Of a stretch of DNA of 40,629 bases, positions 20,359-30,215 are shown in pieces. The position numbers and the translations under genes were made by a program. This stretch comes from a virus (lineage: Duplodnaviria > Caudoviricetes): the IMG/VR virus record IMGVR_UViG_3300005512_000094, positions 1 to 40,629 of that record; one strand, given 5' to 3'. A model generated the notes under the pieces. It was not told the origin of the DNA. It ran no database searches and was given only the letters and a program-made list of their open reading frames with translations. How positions within the stretch are numbered: the stretch's first letter is position 1; each line of letters opens with the position of its first letter.

Positions 20359-21540
20359 ATGTCTGAGATCAGGGTCGATAGTATAGGTAACGAATCGAAT
20401 ACTGGTGGCCCTGTATTGTCTGGTATCACCACATTTTCTGGTCAGCAATATTTTATACCACCATCTGGAACCACGGCGGAGAGACCATCCGATTGCCCGC
20501 CTGGTTCCATTCGTTTTAATACCGACTCTGCACATTTAGAATATTGGAATGGATTGACATGGTTAGAATTTGAAGCAAGTAGCAATGAACTTGGTGGTCC
20601 ATTAAATGGTGCCGCTACAGATGGAGTCTCCACCAGTGGAACAGGAACTCGTGCAATATTTGGTGGTGGATACAATGCAGGAAACAAAGACCACATGGAT
20701 TATGTCACCATTGATACTTTAGGAAATGCTCAAGACTTTGGTGATTTAGGTGTTACTGCACTGGGTCCTTCAGGATATGCTGGTAGAGTTTTTGGATTTT
20801 TCTCAGGTTATGTAACAGGATCAAATATATATAAAAATACAATAGCATCAACAGGATCTTCAGTAGATAGCACCTATGATCTATCAGTTGCTAGAGGATA
20901 TTGTATGGGATTATCAAATTCCACTAGAGGAATAGTTTCTGGTGGAATTACACCATCTACTAGCAGTGTAATTGATTATCATTCAATACCAATTGGAGGA
21001 AATGCAGTAGATTTTGGTGACTTAATTCTCGCTTGTGCAGTGATGGGAACAGGTGCATCTTCTGTAAGAGGCATAATTGCTGGAGGATCTGATGGTCCTA
21101 CAAATTTTTATAACACTATTGGTTACATTACTATTCCATCAACAGGAAATGCACAGGACTTTGGAGATTTATCAACAGGAAGATCACAATTTGGTTGTTC
21201 GTTCTCAAGTGCAACTAGAGGAGTATTTGGTGGAGGTATTACTGGTGCAGCACCTACAACACCAGTGAATACTATTGATTTTATCACCATTGCATCTACC
21301 GGAAATGCACAGGATTTTGGTGATATGTCAAGAACAAATACTAGACATGCCGCATCAGCATGTTCATCAACTCGTGGTGTATTTGCTGGAGGAGATCCTC
21401 ATGCTTCGCCATATCCAAAGAGTAATGAAATAGATTTTCTTACCATACCAACAACAGGAAATTCTTTAGATTTTGGTGATTTGGCAAATCAAGCAAGAAA
21501 TCATTTCTCTGGTTGTTCCAATGGTCACGGAGGTTTATAA
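20359..21540 (+). CDS. Propeller paralog 10
   Basis: PPSGTTAERP..GSIRFNTD..LEYWNG..W motif; six repeats; ends SNGHGGL; ATAAATA at 20317-20327 upstream. Confidence 0.7.
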   Translation: MSEIRVDSIGNESNTGGPVLSGITTFSGQQYFIPPSGTTAERPSDCPPGSIRFNTDSAHLEYWNGLTWLEFEASSNELGGPLNGAATDGVSTSGTGTRAIFGGGYNAGNKDHMDYVTIDTLGNAQDFGDLGVTALGPSGYAGRVFGFFSGYVTGSNIYKNTIASTGSSVDSTYDLSVARGYCMGLSNSTRGIVSGGITPSTSSVIDYHSIPIGGNAVDFGDLILACAVMGTGASSVRGIIAGGSDGPTNFYNTIGYITIPSTGNAQDFGDLSTGRSQFGCSFSSATRGVFGGGITGAAPTTPVNTIDFITIASTGNAQDFGDMSRTNTRHAASACSSTRGVFAGGDPHASPYPKSNEIDFLTIPTTGNSLDFGDLANQARNHFSGCSNGHGGL

Positions 21541-21542
21541 TT

Positions 21543-22682
21543 ATGTCAGAATTTAAGGCTTCAGGTTTTAGTGATGAATTTGGTAGTAGCGGTCCAGATA
21601 TTGTAGGACTTACAACATTTACATCACCATATTATTTTGTTCCACCATCAGGATCAACAGCAGAAAGACCCAGTAGTCCTCCACCAGGAATGTTGAGATT
21701 TAATACTGATATTGGAAGACTTGAGGTATGGAGAAATGACCACTGGGCAACGATACTTGGTGAGTCTCCTAATCTTGGTAACCAGAATGTAACAAACTCT
21801 GCTGGTGGAACAGGAGTTCGTGGTGTGTATGCCATAGCATCCAATTCATCTGCTGCATTGGATTATATTACAATAGATACACTTGGTAATGCACAAGATT
21901 TTGGAGATTTATCTGATACATCATATGAAGGTAGTGGATTAGCATCAAGAACTCGTGGTGTTCAATGTCTCGGATATACGAATCCAGCTACTAGTAACAT
22001 ACTAGAGTTTATAACAATTGCATCCACAGGAAACGCACAAGACTTTGGAGATTTGATTGGCACTTTAACAAGAATTAGTGGTGCATGTGCAAATCAAACT
22101 CGTGGAATATGGGGAAATGGTGGTCCAGGATCCATGACCAATGTAAAACAATACATAACCATTGCATCAGAAGGAAATGCAGTTGATTTTGGTGATAGTC
22201 TCTTTACTGGAGTATATACAGCGGGACTATCATCTGCAGTAAGAGGTGTATGGGGAGGAGGTGATCCAAGTCCAATTAGAGACATAATTGATTATGTTAC
22301 TATTTCAACTACAGGAAACGCACTGGATTTTGGCAATCTAACTCAAGCAAAACTAATGCCTGCTGCTGCTGCAAGTGCAACTCGTGGATTATTCATGGGA
22401 GGAAATACTCCAACAAAGTTGACAGAAATTGATTTTATAACAATTGCAACCACAGGAAATGCTCAAGATTTTGGTGATTTAACCGAAGTAACATCTTTTG
22501 GTCCTGGAATGGCATCTCCAACTCGGGGAATAATAGCAGGTGGTCAAGGATCAAGTGGTGATATAAATGTAATTCAATATGTAACAATATCAACCACTGG
22601 AAACGCAATTGATTTTGGTGATACGACAACTGCTAATGCAAATAATGGTGGTGGTATGTCTAACGGTCACGGAGGTTTATAA
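21543..22682 (+). CDS. Propeller paralog 11 (start revised from 21513 to the ATG at 21543)
   Basis: MSEFK start matches the paralogs and removes the overlap with the upstream gene; six repeats; ends SNGHGGL. Confidence 0.7.
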   Translation: MSEFKASGFSDEFGSSGPDIVGLTTFTSPYYFVPPSGSTAERPSSPPPGMLRFNTDIGRLEVWRNDHWATILGESPNLGNQNVTNSAGGTGVRGVYAIASNSSAALDYITIDTLGNAQDFGDLSDTSYEGSGLASRTRGVQCLGYTNPATSNILEFITIASTGNAQDFGDLIGTLTRISGACANQTRGIWGNGGPGSMTNVKQYITIASEGNAVDFGDSLFTGVYTAGLSSAVRGVWGGGDPSPIRDIIDYVTISTTGNALDFGNLTQAKLMPAAAASATRGLFMGGNTPTKLTEIDFITIATTGNAQDFGDLTEVTSFGPGMASPTRGIIAGGQGSSGDINVIQYVTISTTGNAIDFGDTTTANANNGGGMSNGHGGL

Positions 22683-22684
22683 TC

Positions 22685-23809
22685 ATGTCAAGACTTAATG
22701 TAGGTAATCTTTTTAACGAGAATGAAGATGGAGCACCAGTAGTATCAGGTATCTCTACATTCTCATCACCACACTATTTTGTTCCACCATCAGGTTCAAC
22801 AGCACAGAGACCTTCAAGTCCCGGAGAAGGGATGATAAGGTTTAATACTGATAGTGGTCACCTTGAGTATTATACAGGTCAACTTTGGGTTGATGTGATT
22901 ACTAATAACAATGAACTTGGTAATCAGTTAGTAACAAACTCTGCTGGTGGAACAGGAACTCGTGCATTAACTGGTGGTGGATATAATGGATCAACACAAC
23001 AAGATCATATTGATTATCTATCAATTTCAACTCTTGGAAATGCACAGGATTTTGGTAATTTAAACTCTGCTCGTTATGCAATGACGGGACTTTCTAATTC
23101 AACAAGAGGAATTGTTGCCGGAGGATCTCCAGTTCCCACAAATATGGAATTTGTGACCATTGCATCAACTGGTAATGGGACATCATTTGGAACCATAGCA
23201 AGTCATGGCGAATTTCCTATAGGATTAGCAAATCAAACAAGAGGAATAGTTGCTGGTGGAACAACAGTAGATACAATTAGTTACATAAAAATTGCATCAA
23301 CAGGAGATTCACAAGATTTTGGTAATTTAACAGTAGCAAGAAGAAGACCAACAGCATGTGCATCATCAGTTCGTGGTATTGTTGCCGGAGGACAAACAAT
23401 AAATGTAATTGATTACCTCACCATCTCTACAACAGGAAACTCACAAGATTTTGGTGATTGCATGTCTAATGTTTTAACTGCTGGAGGATGTTCTAATTCT
23501 GTTCGTGGAATATTTGCTGGTGGATCTCGCCCATCTCCATTTACTCAAGCAAGTTCAGAATTTATAACGATTGCGACGACGGGAAATGGACAAGAGTTTG
23601 GTGATTTAACAGTAGCAAGAAGCGCACTGTCTGCTGCATCATCCTCTACTCGTGCAGTTTTTATGGGAGGATACTTTAGCCCAAATAATTACGACACAGT
23701 TGATTCCATGGAAATAATGACCACAGGAAATGCAATTGATTTTGGTGATTTAAACGAGTCATTTAATAGTGGAAAATTTGGTTTCTCTAACGGTCACGGA
23801 GGAATCTAA
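22685..23809 (+). CDS. Propeller paralog 12
   Basis: N-terminus similar to paralogs 10 and 11; six repeats; ends SNGHGGI; stop codon lies inside CTAAATA (23806-23812). Confidence 0.7.
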   Translation: MSRLNVGNLFNENEDGAPVVSGISTFSSPHYFVPPSGSTAQRPSSPGEGMIRFNTDSGHLEYYTGQLWVDVITNNNELGNQLVTNSAGGTGTRALTGGGYNGSTQQDHIDYLSISTLGNAQDFGNLNSARYAMTGLSNSTRGIVAGGSPVPTNMEFVTIASTGNGTSFGTIASHGEFPIGLANQTRGIVAGGTTVDTISYIKIASTGDSQDFGNLTVARRRPTACASSVRGIVAGGQTINVIDYLTISTTGNSQDFGDCMSNVLTAGGCSNSVRGIFAGGSRPSPFTQASSEFITIATTGNGQEFGDLTVARSALSAASSSTRAVFMGGYFSPNNYDTVDSMEIMTTGNAIDFGDLNESFNSGKFGFSNGHGGI

Positions 23810-23834
23810 ATACAACTATGGAGAGTAATATCTG

Positions 23835-24878
23835 ATGTCGATTAAACCAGGAGCACTTAGATTTAATACCGACTCCATGAAGTTGGAACTCTTTCGTGGT
23901 AGTGCAAACTATGAAGGATCTGCTTCAATGGCAGGAATCGGCACACTTGCTGCTGGTCAGTGGGAAGAAATACAAGCAACATCACCAGATGTTCAGACTG
24001 GTGGAACTCGTGCATTATTTGCGGGAGGGAATGCATTCCCGTCTATAGTTGATATAATTGAATATATTAACCTTGATTCTACAGGTAATGCAATAGATTT
24101 TGGTAATTTATTGGAGGCATTAGAATATACATCTGGACTTTCATCAAGAACAAGAGGAGTATTTGGTGGTGGAGATACTGCTCCCGCATATGTTGATAGA
24201 ATACAATTTGTAACCGTTGCATCGACAGGAAATGCAACAGACTTTGGAGATTTAACTCAAGACAGACACTATGCATCAGGAGTTTCAAATGGGACTCGTG
24301 GAATATTTGCTGGTGGAGAAAGACCTGCTTCTGTTAATACCATTGATTATATCACCATTCAATCAACAGGAAATGCAGTTGATTTTGGAGACTTGGGTGG
24401 AGTGAGATATGGTCAAGGACCTGCCAATTCAAAAACAAGAGCTATATTTTCTGGAGGATCTCCAAGCACAGATAATCAAGACATGATTATGATGTCTACT
24501 TTAGGAAATACTGCCAAATTTGGAGATTTAACCACAACTAATGGTGTGAGAATGGGAGGATCTAATTCTGTTCGAGGACTTGCAATGGGTGGAACTCCTG
24601 CTAGAACTCAAGTAGATTATTTTACAATCGCAACTCTTGGTAGTGCTCAAGATTTTGGTGATTTGTCTGTAGGGAGATATTATGGTGCTGGTGCAGCATC
24701 AAAGACTCGTATTTGTGCTGCCGGTGGATTTCAAGCTCCAACAAATCCCAGCACTGGACTTGATACAATTGATTATGCTCAAATTATGAGTCTTGGTGAT
24801 TTTATTGATTTTGGCAACTTAACTGATGGAAGATGGGGACTAACTGGTGGTTTCTCTAATGGTCACGGAGGGTTATAA
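23835..24878 (+). CDS. Propeller paralog 13 (short form)
   Basis: MSIKPGALRFNTD start; six repeats; ends SNGHGGL. Confidence 0.7.
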   Translation: MSIKPGALRFNTDSMKLELFRGSANYEGSASMAGIGTLAAGQWEEIQATSPDVQTGGTRALFAGGNAFPSIVDIIEYINLDSTGNAIDFGNLLEALEYTSGLSSRTRGVFGGGDTAPAYVDRIQFVTVASTGNATDFGDLTQDRHYASGVSNGTRGIFAGGERPASVNTIDYITIQSTGNAVDFGDLGGVRYGQGPANSKTRAIFSGGSPSTDNQDMIMMSTLGNTAKFGDLTTTNGVRMGGSNSVRGLAMGGTPARTQVDYFTIATLGSAQDFGDLSVGRYYGAGAASKTRICAAGGFQAPTNPSTGLDTIDYAQIMSLGDFIDFGNLTDGRWGLTGGFSNGHGGL

Positions 24879-25786
24879 TGTCAGAATTTAAAATCGACCA
24901 GATCAAAAGTCAAGATGCAACCGGAGGTCCAAATGTAGCAGGTATCACCACCTTCACTGGAACTTCTGGTATTGTGATGCCTTCTGGTATAACAGCAGGA
25001 AGATTTGCTAAAGATTTTATAAGTGATGGACTTGTATTTTACGTTGATATAAGTGAAACCTATGATCCAGCAATATCCACTTCAATTTTTGATCCAATAT
25101 CTGGAATCAGGGATGATGCATTTGATGGAACTCCAACATTTTCTGCTGCAGACTCCACTGGACCAGATAGATTAGTATTTACTGGAGGAGATGATGGAAT
25201 TTTATTTGATAGATGTGATCCCATCTTAGGGTTCGCACCAGGAAATCCCCTTACAATATCAGTTTGGGTAAAGGTTGACAAAGATGAGGATGGAACTGCT
25301 ACAATTTTTAGTATTCAAAGGTGCAATAACCCAGGATTTCAAATTTGGATAAGTCCTGGCGATGGATCGTATAATGATTCTTTCAATACTGGAAGAATTT
25401 CATTCAGAATGAGTAATCAATATATTGTAGATACAAGGACAGGTGAAGAACAGGTATTAAATGGACAAATGGCATCAGGTGTACCCGCACCATATGTTGA
25501 TGGTAGAGGTTACTGGGTCAATATTGTAGCAGTCTATCATGGTCCCTATGCTGAACTTTACATCAATGGAAAATTATCAGGTTTTCATAAGAATGTTACC
25601 TACACATGGACCGCTCCAACAGATCCAGCTACAGGAAGTGCCATAGGAATTATGAGAAGATATCCTTGTGGAAATAGTGGATTTACTAATGGAGAATTTA
25701 ATCACTGTGCAATGTATAGAAGAGCATTAAGTTCTCAAGAGGTCTTACATAATTATAATGTTCTTAAAGGGAGATTTGGATTATGA
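24878..25786 (+). CDS. LamG/concanavalin-like protein sharing the family N-terminus but lacking the propeller
   Basis: MSEFKIDQI..AGITTF..MPSG start; DGLVFY.D, TISVWVK, WVNIVAVY, YRRALS..EV.HNYN..KGRFGL. Confidence 0.7.
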   Translation: MSEFKIDQIKSQDATGGPNVAGITTFTGTSGIVMPSGITAGRFAKDFISDGLVFYVDISETYDPAISTSIFDPISGIRDDAFDGTPTFSAADSTGPDRLVFTGGDDGILFDRCDPILGFAPGNPLTISVWVKVDKDEDGTATIFSIQRCNNPGFQIWISPGDGSYNDSFNTGRISFRMSNQYIVDTRTGEEQVLNGQMASGVPAPYVDGRGYWVNIVAVYHGPYAELYINGKLSGFHKNVTYTWTAPTDPATGSAIGIMRRYPCGNSGFTNGEFNHCAMYRRALSSQEVLHNYNVLKGRFGL

Positions 25787-26820
25787 GCACACCAGGAGCA
25801 ATTAGATTCAACACAGACTCTATGAAGTTAGAGTATTATCGTGGTGGTCCTGTAGGATTTGGAACTCTTGCAGCAGGAGAATGGGTTCAGATCACAACTG
25901 ATTCACCAGACATTCAGACTGGTGGAACTCGTGGTGTTTTTGGAGGTGGTGGATCACCCAGTTCAGAAACTGAAATAATAGATTATGTAAACATTAGTAC
26001 TACAGGTAATCCGATTGATTTTGGAGATTTAAGTACTGCTGTTGGATTTCTTGCATCAGCATCATCGAGGACTCGTGGTGTTTTTGCAGGTGGATATAAT
26101 GCTCCAACCTTTATCAATACAATAGAGTTTGTAACTATATCTTCCACTGGAAATCCAGTAAATTTTGGTGATTTAACTCTCAAAAGAGGTAAATATAGTG
26201 GGTCCTCAAATTCCACGAGAGGTTTATTTTTTGGTGGTCATAGTCCAGCTTTTAATAATTTAATTGATTTTATTACCATTGCAAGCACAGGAGATGCAGT
26301 AGATTTTGGTGAAATAACAAATAATAAATTATATACCTCAGCAACTTCTAGTTCTACTAGATCTGTTATTTTTGGAGGAATGACTCCTACTAGATTAAAC
26401 AAAATTGATTTTGTGACTATATCAACTCAAGGAAATGCAGCAGATTTTGGTGACATTGATGGAACAAATCAGGCCAGTGGTGCATGTTCAAATTCTACTA
26501 GAGCACTTATGGTTGGTGGAACGGGACCTGTACCTAATACTGGAACAAATGCCATTCAATATATTACAATTTCAACATTAGGTAATGCAGTTGATTTTGG
26601 CGATTTAACAGTAGCAAGAAATGCCATAGCATCTGTTAGTAGTTCAACAAGAGGAGTTCATGCCGGTGGACGTGATGGTAGTACAAACTATAATACTATT
26701 GACTATAATCAATTAATGTCTTTAGGTAATTCAATTGACTTTGGTGATAGAGGAAGAGGAAATACAAGAGCATCAAGTGCTAGTGCAGGATGTTCCAACG
26801 GTCACGGTGGACTGGGATAA
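25783..26820 (+). CDS. Propeller paralog 14 (short form)
   Basis: MSTPGAIRFNTD start; six repeats; ends SNGHGGLG; stop codon inside ATAAATA (26817-26823). Confidence 0.7.
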   Translation: MSTPGAIRFNTDSMKLEYYRGGPVGFGTLAAGEWVQITTDSPDIQTGGTRGVFGGGGSPSSETEIIDYVNISTTGNPIDFGDLSTAVGFLASASSRTRGVFAGGYNAPTFINTIEFVTISSTGNPVNFGDLTLKRGKYSGSSNSTRGLFFGGHSPAFNNLIDFITIASTGDAVDFGEITNNKLYTSATSSSTRSVIFGGMTPTRLNKIDFVTISTQGNAADFGDIDGTNQASGACSNSTRALMVGGTGPVPNTGTNAIQYITISTLGNAVDFGDLTVARNAIASVSSSTRGVHAGGRDGSTNYNTIDYNQLMSLGNSIDFGDRGRGNTRASSASAGCSNGHGGLG

Positions 26821-26851
26821 ATACTGTGAGATACTATAGTCGGAGTAACTA

Positions 26852-27982
26852 ATGGGATACGGCGGTGGAGGTGGCGGAGGTGGAGGCTCCGGTGGATCAG
26901 GTGCTTCTGGTGGATCTGGGTATCGTCGTGTAGGTGATGATAGAACCGCAAATTTATTTGTAGATAATATAACCAACAGAGATGGAAATAGTGGAACAAA
27001 AGTATCTGGTATTGTAGAAACAAAAGGCACTCACTTTGTTCCTCCAAGTGGAACTACGGCAGAGAGAGGTAGTAGAGGTCGTGGTATTTTTGGTGGTGGA
27101 TACTCATCTTCTCCTCATGCTTCGCAACAATTCATGGACTATGTGACTATTTCAACTCTTGGAAATGCAACTGATTTTGGCGATTTGACTGTAGCAAGAT
27201 CTGCAAAATCTGGTGGGGCTAGTTCAACAAGAGGAATTTTTCTATCAGGAAGATTTTCACCATCCTCAACGTGGTACAATATAATTGATTATATTACAAT
27301 ATCATCAACCGGTAATGCATTTGATTTTGGTGATTTGCATCAAAATAATAATCCTGCTTTTCAAGGAACTTCAAATGAAATTAGATCGATATATGCAGGT
27401 GGATATCTATTACCTGGAACATCTGTGACAGATTTCCAAAAAACAATCGGATATTTTACCATAGCAACAAAAGGAAATGCCTCCGAATTTGGATCTCTCA
27501 CTATTACTGGAAGAAGACCTTATCAAGGATCAAATGGTGTTCGTGGTATTTGGGGAGGATCAAGAATTGTAAGTTCTTTTTACAATACAATTGATTATGT
27601 AAATATAATGACCACGGGTGATGCAAAAAATTTTGGTGATTTGACCGTGGCAAGGGCAAATAGTACTGGAAGTGCAACTTCATCAACGAGGATGGTGATG
27701 TATTGTGGTCTTACCCCATCATATACTAATACTATGGATTACATAACAATGTCATCTACCGGTAATGCAACCGATTTTGGTGATGCAGGATCTGGTGCTG
27801 AAGGTTCAGGAGGAACATCAAATTCTACTAGAGGAGTTTTTCAACCAGGAACTCCGTCAAATGGAGATACATTGGAGTATCTAACTATAGCAACTACTGG
27901 CAATTCATCTGATTTTGGTGATTTAAATACTGGTAGAAGAGTTTATGGTTCTTTATCTGATTCACATGGTGGTCTTGGATAA
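26852..27982 (+). CDS. Propeller paralog 15 with a poly-Gly N-terminus
   Basis: MGYG9SGGSG start; six repeats; ends SDSHGGLG; stop codon inside ATAAATA (27979-27985). Confidence 0.7.
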   Translation: MGYGGGGGGGGGSGGSGASGGSGYRRVGDDRTANLFVDNITNRDGNSGTKVSGIVETKGTHFVPPSGTTAERGSRGRGIFGGGYSSSPHASQQFMDYVTISTLGNATDFGDLTVARSAKSGGASSTRGIFLSGRFSPSSTWYNIIDYITISSTGNAFDFGDLHQNNNPAFQGTSNEIRSIYAGGYLLPGTSVTDFQKTIGYFTIATKGNASEFGSLTITGRRPYQGSNGVRGIWGGSRIVSSFYNTIDYVNIMTTGDAKNFGDLTVARANSTGSATSSTRMVMYCGLTPSYTNTMDYITMSSTGNATDFGDAGSGAEGSGGTSNSTRGVFQPGTPSNGDTLEYLTIATTGNSSDFGDLNTGRRVYGSLSDSHGGLG

Positions 27983-28005
27983 ATAATCGTATGAGATATT
28001 AACCG

Positions 28006-29034
28006 ATGTCAGAGATTAAGGTAAACAATATACAAGGTTTAAGCGGAACTCATGGTCCTGTGATGTCTGGCACCGTTGAGATGAACTCTACTGGTGCGAT
28101 GTCACTACCAAGAGGTGATACTACCTATCGTGGTGGTAGAGGTCGTGGTATATTTGGTGGTGGTAGAACATCTCCCGAGGGTATAAGAGATACTATTGAT
28201 TATTTCACTATTGCAACTCTAGGTAATGCAACAGATTTTGGAAATTTAACAACATCAACCTCAGAATTTGGTGGATGTGCATCATCCACTCGTGGTATCT
28301 TCATGGGTGGAGAAACATTTCCAACCAATATCAATGTCATACAATATATCACAATTCAATCAACTGGAAATACTTTTGACTTTGGAGACTTAACCAGACA
28401 AAAAAGAGCAACTAGTTGTCTTTCTGATAATACTAGAGGTATTTGTGTAGGAGGGAGTATTGCTCCCACTATTACGGCATTCACTGAGATTGAATATATA
28501 ACCATCGCATCAAAAGGTAATGCATCTAGATTTGGAGATACATCAATAACATCTAGATATGCAATGTCACATTCCTCACCAACTAGAGGTGTTATTGCCA
28601 TAGGAGCACATCCATTTTCGTCTCCATATCCTCCTGTCAATAATATAGAATATGTAACAATATCTACTGAAGGTAATGCACAAGACTTTGGTGATTTGAC
28701 AGATGCAAGAAGAGAAGGTGCGAGTGCTTCCAATTCCACAAGAGGATTATTTTTTGGAGGAAATCAATCTCCAAATAGTACAAATGTTATTGATTATATA
28801 ACGATTGCAAGTCTTGGTGATGCAATAGATTTTGGTGATTGTCTTAGTGGATGTTCTTTAGGATCGGCATGTTCTTCACCGACCAGAGCAATTTTTGGTG
28901 ATATGACTGGTGATGGTAATTCTATTTCTTATGTAACTATCAATACTCTTGGAAATGCACAGGATTTTGGAGATCTCACGGTCGCAAGAAATCAAACTGC
29001 TGCTTGTTCTGATTCACATGGAGGTCTAGGCTAA
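28006..29034 (+). CDS. Propeller paralog 16
   Basis: MSEIKVNNI start; six repeats; ends SDSHGGLG. Confidence 0.7.
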   Translation: MSEIKVNNIQGLSGTHGPVMSGTVEMNSTGAMSLPRGDTTYRGGRGRGIFGGGRTSPEGIRDTIDYFTIATLGNATDFGNLTTSTSEFGGCASSTRGIFMGGETFPTNINVIQYITIQSTGNTFDFGDLTRQKRATSCLSDNTRGICVGGSIAPTITAFTEIEYITIASKGNASRFGDTSITSRYAMSHSSPTRGVIAIGAHPFSSPYPPVNNIEYVTISTEGNAQDFGDLTDARREGASASNSTRGLFFGGNQSPNSTNVIDYITIASLGDAIDFGDCLSGCSLGSACSSPTRAIFGDMTGDGNSISYVTINTLGNAQDFGDLTVARNQTAACSDSHGGLG

Positions 29035-30215
29035 TGGGATACGGTGGTGGAGGCGGTGGAGGAGGCGGCGGAGGCGGTGGTGGCTCCGGCGGTTCTGGTG
29101 GTTCTGGTGGGGCAGGAGGTGGTGGAGGTTACACCACAGTAGGAGGTGGAAGTGCCTTCGGTGGAAGTGATGATTTTGAACTTCCTTCTTACAATCAAGC
29201 ACCCGCAGGATCAATCAGATTTAATACTGACTCCAAGAAATTAGAAGTTTATATACTCGGACCTGTTTCTGATGGAGTAACTCCTAACGGGATATGGATG
29301 GAAGTTGATAGTTGGTCACCAGATTTGATGACTGGTGGTACTCGTGCAGTATTTGGTGCTGGAATTAACCCATCTAATGTTCAAACAACAGATTATGTAA
29401 ATGTTTCATCTACTGGAAATGCAATTAATTTTGGTAATTTAACTCAAACTGGTGGTGCATATAGAACTGCTTGTGCATCAAGAACTAAGGGTGTATTCTT
29501 TAATGCACAGAACTCTACTGGGGTTGATAAGATTATCATAGCATCAACCGGTAGTGCCGCCAGTTTTGGTGCAGCACCAAATGATTATAACCAGGCAGCA
29601 TCAGTTTCCAATAGTGTCAAAGGATTTAGAGTTGGTGGTTCAGATGCTGGTGTTACTTATGATAACATTTATCAAATTATTTTTGAGAGTGAAGGAGAAT
29701 ATGTAGATTTTGGTAACCTTGTTGGAGGTAGATTAACATTCCAAGGAGTGAATTCATCAACTCGTGGTGTTTTTGCTGGAGGTAGATCAACACCTAGTAC
29801 TCCAACTGCTATGAATAATATTGATTATTTTCAAATGGCAACTGCAGGAAATTCTGCAGACTTTGGAGATTTATCTCAGGCAGTGAGAGGTGTTTTGCCT
29901 TCGTGCAATTCTGTAAGAGGACTTTTTGCCGGAGGAAGTAATCCATCACCAAGTATTAATACTGATGCGATTGAATATGTAACCATTGCAACACTAGGAA
30001 ATTCAATTGATTTTGGAGATTTGGTTGCCACTGGTAATGCAAACGATATGTGTGGAAATGCATCATCACCTACTCGTGGCATATTTGCAGGAACTCCCAC
30101 AAATGAAATTCAATATGTTCAAATTATGTCTCTTGGTGATGCAGTTGATTTTGGCAATTTAAGTTCCGGCAGATCTTCTGTTGGTGCATGTTCTAACGGT
30201 CACGGTGGACTCTAA
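29034..30215 (+). CDS. Propeller paralog 17 with a poly-Gly N-terminus
   Basis: MGYG14S start, PAGSIRFNTD motif, six repeats; ends SNGHGGL. Confidence 0.7.
   Translation: MGYGGGGGGGGGGGGGGSGGSGGSGGAGGGGGYTTVGGGSAFGGSDDFELPSYNQAPAGSIRFNTDSKKLEVYILGPVSDGVTPNGIWMEVDSWSPDLMTGGTRAVFGAGINPSNVQTTDYVNVSSTGNAINFGNLTQTGGAYRTACASRTKGVFFNAQNSTGVDKIIIASTGSAASFGAAPNDYNQAASVSNSVKGFRVGGSDAGVTYDNIYQIIFESEGEYVDFGNLVGGRLTFQGVNSSTRGVFAGGRSTPSTPTAMNNIDYFQMATAGNSADFGDLSQAVRGVLPSCNSVRGLFAGGSNPSPSINTDAIEYVTIATLGNSIDFGDLVATGNANDMCGNASSPTRGIFAGTPTNEIQYVQIMSLGDAVDFGNLSSGRSSVGACSNGHGGL

Noticed and set aside
453-30100. Many 60-140-aa minus-strand and alternative-frame ORFs within the array (recurring KSPKS..FP motifs)
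   Set aside because: They are antisense or off-frame shadows of the repetitive GNAxDFGDL coding sequence, fully overlapped by long plus-strand genes.
1528-30215. CRISPR array or diversity-generating retroelement as the source of the repeats
   Set aside because: The repeats are degenerate, in-frame protein repeats of ~145 nt. There is no repeat-spacer structure, no reverse transcriptase, and no template/variable pair differing only at adenines was seen.
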